Source of the DNA: Candidatus Pelethousia sp.
GTDB taxonomy: Bacteria; Bacillota; Clostridia; Christensenellales; CAG-138
Assembly: GCA_034933245.1 (NCBI GenBank)
Contig: JAYFNX010000015.1
Span: 6,127-70,126 of the forward strand
DNA length: 64,000 bases
Reading direction: 5' to 3'
Shown here in pieces: positions 35,969-46,235 of the stretch. Every line of letters starts with the position of its first letter. Position 1 is the first letter of the stretch. The position numbers and the translations under genes are program-made. The notes beneath the pieces were generated by a model, which saw only the letters and a program-made list of their open reading frames with translations, was not told the DNA's origin and did not search any database.

Positions 35969-37111
35969 TCACATGCCGAGAATCTGCTCCGCCGGCACGT
36001 ATGGCGTATCGAAGCCGAAAGCCTTGGGGCTGAGCACGAACAGGCCGCGCTGGCTGCGGAACACATCCCGCGCCTTCATGGCGATGACCGTTACATCCAT
36101 ACCTTCTTGGATTTTGTTGTTCGTATAGGCTTCACCGGTCTTGGTATCGATCACCTGCAGCATGTCGGGGCTCGTAATGAATACCTTGCCATTCTTCCAG
36201 CTCATGTGGTTCTCATTCTTGAACCAAATAGCAAACTCTTCGCCCGCAAATTTACCTTCACCGGTAATGGTATGGGTTCCCCAGTAGTAACCGATCTTAT
36301 CCCACCATTCCTTCTTGGTAACCTTCCCACGGAAAACGATCCAGCCGCCCACGGTGTCGATAGCCGCCTGAGCAGGGTCTCGCCCTTCTTCCACGGCCTT
36401 GCGCATCGCCCGCCCCACTTTGAAGCAATCGCTCAGCGTGCCATGCATCAGGGTATCATTCATTTCCTTTACGGAAAAGCAGAAGCCCGCCTGCGCGCAC
36501 TTGCTGTAACCGGCTGCGGCAATCATCTTGCCGATGCGCTCGGTCATACGCCAGTTCACGGTGCCGGTGATGTTGGCCACATTGCCCCAACAATCAAAGG
36601 ACGTAACCGGCAATAGCTCCCGCTCAAATATGAAGGGCGTGGTCTGCTGAATTTCCGGAATCGCACGGCCGGTATAGTCGCCGTCTACCACTGCAATGCC
36701 CATTTCCGCCGCCGCGCATACGCAGGCAGCCGTGTTGGCGCCGCCCAGCTCTATGGGAACCAGCGCGGCCATCTTCTTGCCGTGCATATCCTCCAGAGCG
36801 CGGATCGCGCCCACCATGGCTTGGGTGTAATCGTGGGTCTGCGGGCCAAGGCCATAGATGGTTTCCCGTTCTTTGACGACCTCCGGATCTTCCGGCGCGA
36901 TGGATCCCATAAGGAAGGGGCAGCAGGAATAATCCCCATCGTTGAGCTGATAGGAATCCACCCATCCGATTTCGTTGCCTTTTTTTAGCTGCTTCATCAT
37001 GGCGTCTACGCCCATGGCATAATCACCGCCGCCGCCGGTGCCATAAAAGGAGCATCCATGGACAAAGTCTTCGACATCCTGCCGGTTTTTCAATGTAAAG
37101 ATCTTTTTCAC
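35969..37111 (-). CDS. DUF917 family protein (paralog 2)
   Basis: G.S.YGTGGGG, MGS, PIELGGANT, VVDGDYTGRAIPE, KNEN, TSPD. Confidence 0.88.
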   Translation of the reverse strand: MKKIFTLKNRQDVEDFVHGCSFYGTGGGGDYAMGVDAMMKQLKKGNEIGWVDSYQLNDGDYSCCPFLMGSIAPEDPEVVKERETIYGLGPQTHDYTQAMVGAIRALEDMHGKKMAALVPIELGGANTAACVCAAAEMGIAVVDGDYTGRAIPEIQQTTPFIFERELLPVTSFDCWGNVANITGTVNWRMTERIGKMIAAAGYSKCAQAGFCFSVKEMNDTLMHGTLSDCFKVGRAMRKAVEEGRDPAQAAIDTVGGWIVFRGKVTKKEWWDKIGYYWGTHTITGEGKFAGEEFAIWFKNENHMSWKNGKVFITSPDMLQVIDTKTGEAYTNNKIQEGMDVTVIAMKARDVFRSQRGLFVLSPKAFGFDTPYVPAEQILGM

Positions 37112-37140
37112 AGCTTTTTTCCCTCTTTAATATTGTTTAA

Positions 37141-38115
37141 TCAGTCATGCACCAAATGGCAGCGTATAAAGTGGCCTTCTTCCAGTTCCTTCATCTCCGG
37201 GTCATCCTTAAAGCAGCGTTCGGTGGCATATGGACAGCGCGTGTTGAAACTGCACCCTTTTGGCACGTTTACGGGGCTGGGGATCTCGCCCTTGGACTCC
37301 ACCTTATTATGGCGCACAGCCTCTTCCTCCGCGCTGATAACGGGGATAGCGGAGAGCAGCATCTGGGTATAGGGATGGCGCGGCTTAGAGAAGAACGTCT
37401 CCACCGGCGCGATCTCGGCGATTCTTCCCAGGTACATAATGGCCACCTTGGTTGCGAGGTTGCGCATAAGGCTAAGGTCATGGGTAATGAACAGATAGGA
37501 CAGGTTGCGCTGCTTCTGCAGACGCAGCAGCATATTGATGATCTTAGCCTGGACGCTTACATCCAGGGAGGATGTAGGCTCGTCCAGCACAATCATGGAA
37601 GGATCTGTGCTGATGGCGCGCGCCACTGCCAGCATCTGGCGCTCGCCGCCACCCAGGGACATGGGGTATTTATATAGGTATTCCGCGGGCAGTTCCACCG
37701 TCTCCAGCAGGCGCAGCAGTTGGCCGATCGGGTCCTTCTTATCCACCATCTTGTGGATCTGCAAAGGCAAAGTCAGAATCTGCTTGATATTTCGCTGGGG
37801 GTTCAGGGTGGTGCCGGGATCCTGGAATACCATCTGGATCTCCCGCTTCATCCATAATTCCCGATCCGCGCTCGCCATGCTGATATCGTGCCCTTTAAAT
37901 GTCATCTGCCCGGCGGTCGCATGGTACATACCGATCACGTTGTAGGCCGTGGTGCTTTTCCCGGAGCCGGACTCGCCCACCAAGCCAAGCGTTTCGCCCT
38001 CTCGGATATCAAAGTCAATGCCATCGATAGCCTTGACAAACAGCCCTTTCTGCGCGCCCTTGGTTATGGGGAAATGTTTTTTCAGTCCTTTGACGTCAAG
38101 AATGACCTCGCCCAT
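37141..38115 (-). CDS. oligopeptide/dipeptide ABC ATPase (OppF/DppF)
   Basis: GESGSGKS, DEPTSSLD, HPYT..LL, C-terminal GC.F.TRCP...C...CH. Confidence 0.93.
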   Translation of the reverse strand: MGEVILDVKGLKKHFPITKGAQKGLFVKAIDGIDFDIREGETLGLVGESGSGKSTTAYNVIGMYHATAGQMTFKGHDISMASADRELWMKREIQMVFQDPGTTLNPQRNIKQILTLPLQIHKMVDKKDPIGQLLRLLETVELPAEYLYKYPMSLGGGERQMLAVARAISTDPSMIVLDEPTSSLDVSVQAKIINMLLRLQKQRNLSYLFITHDLSLMRNLATKVAIMYLGRIAEIAPVETFFSKPRHPYTQMLLSAIPVISAEEEAVRHNKVESKGEIPSPVNVPKGCSFNTRCPYATERCFKDDPEMKELEEGHFIRCHLVHD

Positions 38116-38116
38116 A

Positions 38117-39127
38117 TCAGCACCCTCCTTCCTTTTCGTAGGCAAAACACGCTACATGATGCCCGTTGCCCGCATCATAAAACTCCGGCTTCTCCTGGAA
38201 GCAACGCTCGGTCGCCTTAGGGCAGCGCGGTGCAAAACGGCAACCCTTGGGCGGATGCAGGTAATTGGGAATACGGCCCGGAATACCTTCGGCCACGCCG
38301 CCGCCGGAAAGCCGGGGAATGCAGTGCATCAAAGCCTGGGTATAGGGATGAAGTTGTTGCTTAAACAATTCCTTGGTGGGCGCCGTTTCAACCATATTGC
38401 CGGCATACATCACGTAGATGCGGTCGCTGGTTTCTCTGGCCACTCCCAAAGAGTGGGTTATCAGGATCAGCGAGCTATGTTTGCTCTCCACCCTGTCTTT
38501 CAGGATCTTGAGGACCTGGTCCTGAATGGTAACATCCAGGTTGGTGGTGGGCTCGTCGGCAATAACCATGTCGCGTGGCGTGGCCAAGGACATAGCGATA
38601 CAGACGCGCTGCCGCATGCCGCCGCTGAGTTGAAATGGATAGCTGAGCAGAATGCGCTCAGGGTCAGGCATGGAAGTTTCCTTCAAAGCTTGGACGGCCA
38701 GTTCCTGTTGTACTTCCTTTTGGTTGGCGTCCTTCTGGCCGGAATTCCGAATAGCCTCAAACATCTGCTCTCCGATGGTGAACACAGGGTTCAGCGACAT
38801 GGTTGGGTCCTGAAAGATCATGGAAATGCCGGACCCGCGCAGGCGTTTCACTTCCGCATCCTTCATTTTCAACACATCTTTTCCCTTGAAGAAGATCTCG
38901 CCGCCGGAAATGCGGCTATTGTCGGCCAGTATGCGCAGGATGGACTTGACCGTGGTGGTCTTTCCGCAGCCCGTTTCACCCACGATGGCTACCTTTTCTC
39001 CGGAATCCACATAGAAGTTGACGCCGTTGAGAACCTTTACCATACCGGCATAGGTTTTATATTCCACAAACAGATTGCGTATGTCTGTTACGTGATTATT
39101 GGCCTTTGTTTCGCTCAATTTCATCAC
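38117..39127 (-). CDS. oligopeptide/dipeptide ABC ATPase (OppD/DppD)
   Basis: GETGCGKT, YPFQLSGGMRQR, ADEPTT.LD, HPYT, GCRFAPRC. Confidence 0.93.
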   Translation of the reverse strand: MMKLSETKANNHVTDIRNLFVEYKTYAGMVKVLNGVNFYVDSGEKVAIVGETGCGKTTTVKSILRILADNSRISGGEIFFKGKDVLKMKDAEVKRLRGSGISMIFQDPTMSLNPVFTIGEQMFEAIRNSGQKDANQKEVQQELAVQALKETSMPDPERILLSYPFQLSGGMRQRVCIAMSLATPRDMVIADEPTTNLDVTIQDQVLKILKDRVESKHSSLILITHSLGVARETSDRIYVMYAGNMVETAPTKELFKQQLHPYTQALMHCIPRLSGGGVAEGIPGRIPNYLHPPKGCRFAPRCPKATERCFQEKPEFYDAGNGHHVACFAYEKEGGC

Positions 39128-40032
39128 TCCTTGCCAGATAACATGTCCTTCACGCCGTCGCCCATCAGGTTAAAACCAAGTACGATAACCATAATGGCCA
39201 AGGCCGGGAAAATGGAGATCCACCATTGTGTGGGCAGATACTTGGCGCCATCGGAGACCATGGTGCCCAACGCCGGTGTAGGCGGCTGTTCGCCAAGGCC
39301 TACAAAGCTTAACGTGGCGCCTGTCAAAATAACCCAGCCCATATCCAGGGTCGCTTTGGTCAAAATGGAGCCGGTGCAATTGGGCAAAATCTCCCGGAAC
39401 AGAATATGCGCCTTTGATGCCCCCATAAGCTCTGCGGACTTAATGTACATCTCGTTGCGCAACGAGGTCGCCATGCTATAGGTAAGGCGGGTATACCAAG
39501 GCCACCAGGCAACGCACATTGCCAACAAGGAGTTAAGCAACGTCGGCCGTAGGATGGAGCACACGCACAGGGCCAAGATCATGGGCGGCAAAGCCAGGAA
39601 TACGTCTGTTACGCGCATAATCATGGTAGAGAACCATTTGTTCTTCCAATAACCTGCGACCAAGCCCAAAATGCTGCCCAGGGGCACTGTGGCCACCAAA
39701 ACGCCCAGGCCCATCGTAAATGCGCCGCGATACGCGTAAAATACGCGGCTCATAATGTCGCGGCCCACGGTGTCGGTGCCCATCCAGTATGCGGCGCACG
39801 GCGCTTTGCTGGCATTCTGGAAATCCACCACCGCGCCGATATGACCGGGATACGGTGCGATCCAAGGCTGAAATATGGCGAGAATCAGCACAAATAGCAC
39901 GATGCACAGCCCAACTACGGACATTCTATTGAGGGAAAATTTATACCATAGCTTCTTTGCTTCATCCCAACGGTCGCGCTTGGGCGTAGCATTTTGCTGC
40001 GTGGGCATGAAGTTGGTTTTTTCTTCGCTCAT
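39124..40032 (-). CDS. peptide ABC permease (OppC/DppC)
   Basis: GTDTVGRD, EAA-like loop YIKSAELMGA, LSFVGLG..PP. Confidence 0.92.
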   Translation of the reverse strand: MSEEKTNFMPTQQNATPKRDRWDEAKKLWYKFSLNRMSVVGLCIVLFVLILAIFQPWIAPYPGHIGAVVDFQNASKAPCAAYWMGTDTVGRDIMSRVFYAYRGAFTMGLGVLVATVPLGSILGLVAGYWKNKWFSTMIMRVTDVFLALPPMILALCVCSILRPTLLNSLLAMCVAWWPWYTRLTYSMATSLRNEMYIKSAELMGASKAHILFREILPNCTGSILTKATLDMGWVILTGATLSFVGLGEQPPTPALGTMVSDGAKYLPTQWWISIFPALAIMVIVLGFNLMGDGVKDMLSGKE

Positions 40033-41054
40033 TCTTCGCTGCCTCCCATCAAACGCACCCGAGGATCCAGCCATGCAACGATAAGATCACTCAGAATGTT
40101 CAGTATAATAAACATAAGGCCCAGTATCATAACAACCCCGGAAATCGCGTTAATGTCCTTGTTGAGCATGGCGCTCAGGCCGTAGCGGGAAAGCCCAGGG
40201 TAATTAAACAGGTTTTCCACCAGGAATGCGTTACCGAAGATAGATGCAATATCCATGGCCATTACGGTGATTGTGGGGATCAAAGAAGGCTTGAGCAGAT
40301 ATTTGTATAAAAGGCGGTTTTCCGGCACTCCGTATGCGCGCTCCGCCAGGATATAGTCCTTCATGGAATTTTCCACCATGTTGCCGCGGGTAAGGCGGGC
40401 TGCTTGCGCCATTCCGCCAAGCATCAAAGCAATGGCGGGGAGAATAAGATGTTTAAACGCGTCCCACCAGCCTGCAAAATTTCCCGTAATCAAATAATCC
40501 ACGGTATACATACCGGTAATGGTTTTAATGGGCGCCGTCATAGACTGGGCGATACGCCCCGTGGTGGGTAAGATCGGAATTAAGTATCCAAAGAGCAGCA
40601 TAAACAGCACCGCCCAAACAAATGCCGGCGATACGATGCCTAGGTAGGAAAGCACACGGATTAGGCCATCCAGCCACTTACCTGTATACTTTGTTGCCAC
40701 AATGCCAAGCAATATGCCGCCCAGCGCCATGAAAAAGGCGGATAGCAACACAATTTCAAGCGTTGCGGGCAAATACTGCCGTACGTCCTCTATTACCGCG
40801 CGTCTTGTAAGCAGGGAGGTACCCAAATCCAGCCTTGCCGCGCCTTTAAGCCAAAGAAAATATTGCGTTACGAGCGGTTTATCCAGGTTCATCTGTTGCC
40901 GCAGCGCCTGCACGGTTTCTTCGGATACATGTGGACCCAGGGCCTGCCGTGCGGGATCGCCGGGAATAACGCGGGCTATAATGAAGACAAGAATGGAAAG
41001 CCCTATGAGAACCAGCAGATAAACGCCGAGTTTTTTCAGTATCTTCAGAGCCAT
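40029..41054 (-). CDS. peptide ABC permease (OppB/DppB)
   Basis: PGDP, LDKPL..QY, LPATLE, HLILP, DYI..RAYG, VENLF.YPG, LDPRVR. Confidence 0.92.
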   Translation of the reverse strand: MALKILKKLGVYLLVLIGLSILVFIIARVIPGDPARQALGPHVSEETVQALRQQMNLDKPLVTQYFLWLKGAARLDLGTSLLTRRAVIEDVRQYLPATLEIVLLSAFFMALGGILLGIVATKYTGKWLDGLIRVLSYLGIVSPAFVWAVLFMLLFGYLIPILPTTGRIAQSMTAPIKTITGMYTVDYLITGNFAGWWDAFKHLILPAIALMLGGMAQAARLTRGNMVENSMKDYILAERAYGVPENRLLYKYLLKPSLIPTITVMAMDIASIFGNAFLVENLFNYPGLSRYGLSAMLNKDINAISGVVMILGLMFIILNILSDLIVAWLDPRVRLMGGSEE

Positions 41055-41180
41055 TATCGATTCTCTTCCTCCTCCATACGAAAATGGGGATTGTGTGAAA
41101 AGGGACGGCCGGCCTTTTTCGGCCTAGCCGCGGCCAGCCGCCCCATTCAATACGTCAGGTCAGTAGATTGTAGGGAAGGA

Positions 41181-42866
41181 TCAGTTGGCAGCCGCCATCT
41201 TCATGTCGCGGCAATAGATACCGAAGCCCATGGGCATGAAGTAATCTGTGCCGCTCTCGGTGGCACTCATAGCATCCCATTCGAGATAGCTTGTCTGCAC
41301 TGCGCGCTTTTCGATCCAGTTGAAGCCCCAAATGGTCGGGCACAAATCATAAATGTACTTCTGAATCTCGGCGTACTTCTCAAAACGGGCCTTATCGTCT
41401 ACGGTGGCCAGTGCATCTTCGATCATGGCATCCAGCGTATCGTCCTGCAACCATTCCATCTGTTCCCAAGAACCGCAGGAGGAAGAATGGTAACGGGTGC
41501 GCAGCATGCCGCCAGCCTCAAAGTAAGGCGCCGCAAAGTTAACGAAGGAGATTTGCGGGGTGGTTTCCACGCTCTGTGCATCGGTGATCATGGAGCCGAA
41601 CGGCTTCTTGGTGATAACCAGGTTGATGCCCAACTCGGAAAGGTTGGACTGCAACAGCAGGGAGATCTTTTCCTGTTCAGGCACTTCGGCGCACCAGCTC
41701 AAGTTCAGGGTGATGGGCTGCCCGGCATACTTGGATTGCGCAAGTTCTTCCTTCGCCTTGTTTATATCCCGGCTGTAAGCGGGGATGCTGCTATCAAAGC
41801 CGGGGAGCACGACGGAAACGGGGCCGTGGCTCTCCAGCGCGCCAGGATAGATCTGGGTGCGCAGCGTCTCATAATCGAAGCAATACGCGATCGCCTTGCG
41901 CAGATGGATGTCATCGGTGAATTCCGCCTTGGTGTTGAGCATCATGTTAAAGGTGTTGCTGTTGCACCACTTGGAGATATCTACGCCTTCCATTTCATCC
42001 ATGGTGTTGTAATTCTCAAGGGGCTGCAACTCATCGGTGATTTCCAATTCCTTATTGGCCATGGCGGTACGTACGGCAACGGCGTCGGTCATGTTGGAAA
42101 GCTTAAAATATTGCGGCGCACCTTCTTCCCATCCCAGGAAGTAATCTTCGAAACGGTCGGCCAGCAGGTATTCGTCCAGTTTGAACTCAACGGTCTTGTA
42201 CGGGCCGGAGCCGGCGTCGTTGGTCAGCATCCAGGTCTTGCCGTAGTCGCCCTTGTCGCCGTAGGTGCTGTCGGTAAGGTCATAATGCGATTCTACCAGC
42301 GCCTGTTCCACAACCATGAAGCGAATCAGGGAGTAGATGAAGGGGCCGAAGGAATGGTCCAGCTCAAATACCACATGGGTATCATCCGCAGCATAACAGT
42401 TTTTTACCACGCCGGTATATAGATAGGCATAGCCCTCGCCGATCTCCAGCATACGGTTCATGCTGTAAGCGACGTCGCTGGCTTTCAGCATGTTGCCACT
42501 ATGGAACTTCACGTCGTCCCGGATGGTAAAGGTATAAACCAGGGAGTCGTCGGAAACGGTCCACTCGGTTGCGAGGTGGGGTTCCACGGTACCATCGGCC
42601 TTGGGGAATACCAACGCGTCGTAGATATTGGCCTGGGCTGTGGAGCAGGAGTAGCTGGAACCTACAGCGGGGTCATAATAAGTTGGCCAGTCTTCGGTGG
42701 TGCGGACGATGGTTGCTCCTTCTTCCACAACGGCGGTGGAAGCACCGCCTGCTGCCGTGTTGCCTGCATTTCCACCATCGGGAGCAGCAGCCTGGGGCGC
42801 GCAACCGAAGACGGTGGTCAGCATGGCCAAAACCAGGAGCATGCAGAATACTCGTTTTGCGTTCAT
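41181..42866 (-). CDS. family-5 ABC substrate-binding lipoprotein
   Basis: Signal ending in VFGC; DP, YD.LV, LATEW, F.IR..VKFH.G, GSGPY, LRKAI; start MNAKR after RBS GGAGG. Confidence 0.92.
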   Translation of the reverse strand: MNAKRVFCMLLVLAMLTTVFGCAPQAAAPDGGNAGNTAAGGASTAVVEEGATIVRTTEDWPTYYDPAVGSSYSCSTAQANIYDALVFPKADGTVEPHLATEWTVSDDSLVYTFTIRDDVKFHSGNMLKASDVAYSMNRMLEIGEGYAYLYTGVVKNCYAADDTHVVFELDHSFGPFIYSLIRFMVVEQALVESHYDLTDSTYGDKGDYGKTWMLTNDAGSGPYKTVEFKLDEYLLADRFEDYFLGWEEGAPQYFKLSNMTDAVAVRTAMANKELEITDELQPLENYNTMDEMEGVDISKWCNSNTFNMMLNTKAEFTDDIHLRKAIAYCFDYETLRTQIYPGALESHGPVSVVLPGFDSSIPAYSRDINKAKEELAQSKYAGQPITLNLSWCAEVPEQEKISLLLQSNLSELGINLVITKKPFGSMITDAQSVETTPQISFVNFAAPYFEAGGMLRTRYHSSSCGSWEQMEWLQDDTLDAMIEDALATVDDKARFEKYAEIQKYIYDLCPTIWGFNWIEKRAVQTSYLEWDAMSATESGTDYFMPMGFGIYCRDMKMAAAN

Positions 42867-42976
42867 TATTTTTTCCTCCTTGTTTTTATAAGTTCCTTCG
42901 CCACAAGGGCGGCAAAATCTAATCTTATCATTATCTCGCCGGAACTTGCCCGTTTCAACCGGCAAAATAAGCAAGA

Positions 42977-44098
42977 TTATTTATTCATAAGTTCGCGTAC
43001 GGGCACATGCTCGATGTCAAAACCGAAGTATTTTGGCGTAAGCAAGGTGGTGTTTTCCTGTTCGGGCTTGCACGGCAGCGCGACGAGCGCCACGTGCTGG
43101 CCCACATGGGAGAGGGGATTGGGAACGGGTTCGCCGGTGTCGGTATCGATGGCCGCGATGATATCGGGGCTGGTGACGTAGGGCTTGCCATTCTTCCACA
43201 CCACGTGGTTCTCATTCTTAAACCAGTATTTCAGTTCGTCCTTGCCGCAATCCACGGTAACAGTGCCCCAGTAATACCCTTCCGCGTCATAATCGTCCTT
43301 GGCGGTGATGGTGCCGCGGCCCAGTTCATAGCCGTTGCGCGCGGCCATGAGCTCCTTCACGGGGTCCTTCCCCGCTTCCTTGGCTTCGCGCAGCAGCCTA
43401 CCGGCCGCGTAGCACTCGCTAAGGGTGCCGGCGATGACGGTTTCCCGGGTTTTCTTGCCATCCAGCGCCATACCTGCCTGCCCGGCCAAACCATAGCCCG
43501 CCACGCTGATCAGCTTGCCGATGTGCTCCACGGTGCGGGGATTGATGGCATATTTAATGATGCACTCGTTTCCCCATTCGTCCACGGACGCTACGGGCAG
43601 AATGCAATGTCCATGATAATTAAAGGTGATCTGCACAATCTCGGGAATCGCGCGGCCGGTATAATCGCCGTCGACGGTAACCATGCCAAGCTGGGCGGCA
43701 GCCGCTATAGCGCCTGCTGTGTTGGCTCCCGCCAATTCAATAGGCACAACCACGTTGAACTTTTTGCCCGAATATTCTTCCAGTGCCACGATGGCCTTCG
43801 CCAACCTGTCGCCCTCGGGGTTGACGCTGGTCTTATCGGTCATCTCATAAGAAGTCATTTCCTTGATGGTATCCTCGTTATGGGGCGCGATGGATCCCAT
43901 GAGGAAAGGGCACACGCTCAGCGCGTCATCGGGAATCTCGTTTACATCCACCCAACCGATCTCACGGCCGGCCTTCAGCTCCCCCATCAGGGATTTTTTA
44001 CCGTTAGCGGGCAATCCGCCGCCACCTGTAGCGAAGAACGTGCAGCCACGCACAAAGTCTTCCACTTGCTGTTCGGTTTTGAGTTTCATCGTAGGCAT
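42977..44098 (-). CDS. DUF917 family protein (paralog 1)
   Basis: GCTFFATGGGG, PIELAGANT, VDGDYTGRAIPE, FKNEN, TSPD; clearly homologous to 35969-37111. Confidence 0.88.
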   Translation of the reverse strand: MPTMKLKTEQQVEDFVRGCTFFATGGGGLPANGKKSLMGELKAGREIGWVDVNEIPDDALSVCPFLMGSIAPHNEDTIKEMTSYEMTDKTSVNPEGDRLAKAIVALEEYSGKKFNVVVPIELAGANTAGAIAAAAQLGMVTVDGDYTGRAIPEIVQITFNYHGHCILPVASVDEWGNECIIKYAINPRTVEHIGKLISVAGYGLAGQAGMALDGKKTRETVIAGTLSECYAAGRLLREAKEAGKDPVKELMAARNGYELGRGTITAKDDYDAEGYYWGTVTVDCGKDELKYWFKNENHVVWKNGKPYVTSPDIIAAIDTDTGEPVPNPLSHVGQHVALVALPCKPEQENTTLLTPKYFGFDIEHVPVRELMNK

Positions 44099-44143
44099 AT
44101 GATTGTTCCTCCTTGACGTTTTTGATGAAATGCATAAAAATCG

Positions 44144-44977
44144 TTAATCAAGATCTTTGCAGAGTTCCCGCGGGTCCCCTTGAATTGCCGACGATGCGAG
44201 AAGATCCACTCGGTAGCCCGGCTGTCGGCGCATTTGTGTTGCTTTGTCCAAATCCACATCGCATATGCCCAGCATCTGCTCGTCATATCCCAATTGCAGC
44301 ATAGGATGGCCATCCGGGCCGCATATCTGGCTTTTGCCAAACAAGTGCAGCTTCCCAAAGGTTCCCACATGGTTCACCGCAATGGTATACACCTGGTTTT
44401 CCAGCGCCCGCGAGCCGACATTCAGGTGCCATGCATGCTCATCTTCTATACGCCAGGCCGCTGGAATAAAGATAATCTCCGCGCCGGCCATGCAAAGATA
44501 CCGCGCTGTTTCGGGGAAGCCGATATCATAACAGATCAGGATTCCAATGCGGCCAAAGTCCGTGTCAAAAACGGGAAAAGCATCGCCTTTTGTAAAAAAG
44601 TTGTCTTCGGCGCCAAAGGAAAATGCCTTGTGGTATTCGCCCACGCATTGTCCCTTGCGATCATAAAGATGCGCGGCATTGTAATAGCGGCCGTTTTCCG
44701 GTACGCACAAGCCCGCGACAATGTAAATCTTGCCTGCTGCGGCCGCCTTTCCCATGGCCGCATCTATGCGCTTGGTCCATTCATCGCCTATGCTGTGAAC
44801 CTTTTCGCCCAGCATCTGTAACTGATAACCGGAGAAACACAGCTCCGGTAGCAGCACCACATCCGCGCCCGCGGCGGCTGCCTGCGCCACCAGGGATTCG
44901 GCATTTTTAATGTTTGCTTCCACATCCCCCAGCTTCGCCCCAAACTGCGCCAGCGCAATACGTGCCTTTCGCCCCAT
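44144..44977 (-). CDS. carbon-nitrogen hydrolase (nitrilase superfamily)
   Basis: Intact E-K-C triad: LPEL, YHK, ICYD.GFPE; RALENQ. Confidence 0.92.
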   Translation of the reverse strand: MGRKARIALAQFGAKLGDVEANIKNAESLVAQAAAAGADVVLLPELCFSGYQLQMLGEKVHSIGDEWTKRIDAAMGKAAAAGKIYIVAGLCVPENGRYYNAAHLYDRKGQCVGEYHKAFSFGAEDNFFTKGDAFPVFDTDFGRIGILICYDIGFPETARYLCMAGAEIIFIPAAWRIEDEHAWHLNVGSRALENQVYTIAVNHVGTFGKLHLFGKSQICGPDGHPMLQLGYDEQMLGICDVDLDKATQMRRQPGYRVDLLASSAIQGDPRELCKDLD

Positions 44978-44979
44978 TC

Positions 44980-45900
44980 TTATTTCCTCCGCAGGTGCTT
45001 CATATCGCCGTAGAGCGTCTGTAAGCGTGTGAACTCTTGGGGATTATAAAATGCACAATTGCCTTGGGTAAAGTCCTTCGCCGTTTCCACGGCAAACCTC
45101 GCCGCCAGTTCCACATCCACAAGCTGGGTAGCGCCGGTAGCGCACCCGGCCACGGGAATCTCGGATGTAATCGCCACACCTACCACCGGCGCATCCGTCA
45201 TAACGGAAGGCTGCATAATGCTGTTAAGGTGATAGATTCCGTTTCCGTACGGCGTAATATCCTGCGTGGTGATGGGCAGCACAACCGGTAGACGGCCTGT
45301 CACCCTGGTCATAATATCCAGCATGCCTTCGCTAACCCTCAAAATATAGCCCTCTTTTACGGTGGGCGTTATGGCAAAGCCGCGGCTGCAAAGGATGCGG
45401 TTTCCCTTTGTCGCATCGATGGAAAGAAGCGCATCCACGGGATATGCGGTCTCCAAGCGGCATACGTCCGCATCGCTTACAGAAGACCCCATCAGCCGAA
45501 CAGGCTCATGCGGCACGGTGGGCGCGTTGGGGCAGATATGCGTGCATAGCATAACATCGCCCGAAAGCTGGTCGCCATTGGTAAGCATGTCCGCCAATTT
45601 CAGGCCAGCCGCCAACACGCAAAGCGCGCCATCGCCATCGGAAACGAAACCCGTGATATCGGGCCGCGCGCCCAAGCCGCCCAGGCGGCCCACAATGCCG
45701 AGTGTCGGCGCGTATCCGCCATTCTTTTTTCCGTTTACGCCGGGAATCACCATGCGTAAAAAGGTCGTTTCGCCCTTTTCGCCCTGCACGTTCTGCAGCA
45801 TAACCGCGACGCCGCGCTTTGCAAACAGCTTTTGCACAGCTTCACCCGAAGCATACGCGCTGTCCAGCAAATCGTATATTTCCATACATTGGCTAAACAT
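44980..45900 (-). CDS. DUF1177 family protein
   Basis: APTLGIVGRLGG.GARP, VSDGDGA, THICP.APT.PH.P, SIDATKGNR, QDITPYGNG.YH.NS. Confidence 0.85.
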   Translation of the reverse strand: MFSQCMEIYDLLDSAYASGEAVQKLFAKRGVAVMLQNVQGEKGETTFLRMVIPGVNGKKNGGYAPTLGIVGRLGGLGARPDITGFVSDGDGALCVLAAGLKLADMLTNGDQLSGDVMLCTHICPNAPTVPHEPVRLMGSSVSDADVCRLETAYPVDALLSIDATKGNRILCSRGFAITPTVKEGYILRVSEGMLDIMTRVTGRLPVVLPITTQDITPYGNGIYHLNSIMQPSVMTDAPVVGVAITSEIPVAGCATGATQLVDVELAARFAVETAKDFTQGNCAFYNPQEFTRLQTLYGDMKHLRRK

Positions 45901-45963
45901 TTCTTTCTCCTTTATCCTTGCTATACAGAATTACATCCATAGCCTATAATATTGAAGGGATTA

Positions 45964-45979
45964 ATGTGCGTTTGCACGT
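45964..45979. promoter_or_regulatory. candidate PucR-family operator upstream of the DUF1177 operon
   Basis: ATGTGC-GTTT-GCACGT palindrome; a second copy is at 46151-46166. Confidence 0.55.
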
Positions 45980-46150
45980 TGGCTTATATTTTTTGCATGT
46001 TTGTCCTTGTTGTGCGGACAGTTTGAAAGCATATGGGGGTAAGTTTATCAGACAATATGTTTTCTCACTTTTTAATGGCAAGAGCTTGCTATATAGGACA
46101 GGGAAAATTCTATCTTTTATTTTATATGATATAGTATAATATAGAGGGTA

Positions 46151-46166
46151 ATGTGCATGCGCACAT
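46151..46166. promoter_or_regulatory. candidate PucR-family autoregulatory operator
   Basis: ATGTGC-ATGC-GCACAT just downstream of TATAAT (46135-46140) of the regulator gene. Confidence 0.55.
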
Positions 46167-46235
46167 AAACTTATGGGGCAAAGTGTTAAAACGCACCCGT
46201 CCTTATGGCAAATTCGGTTTTGAAAGGTGTTTGCA

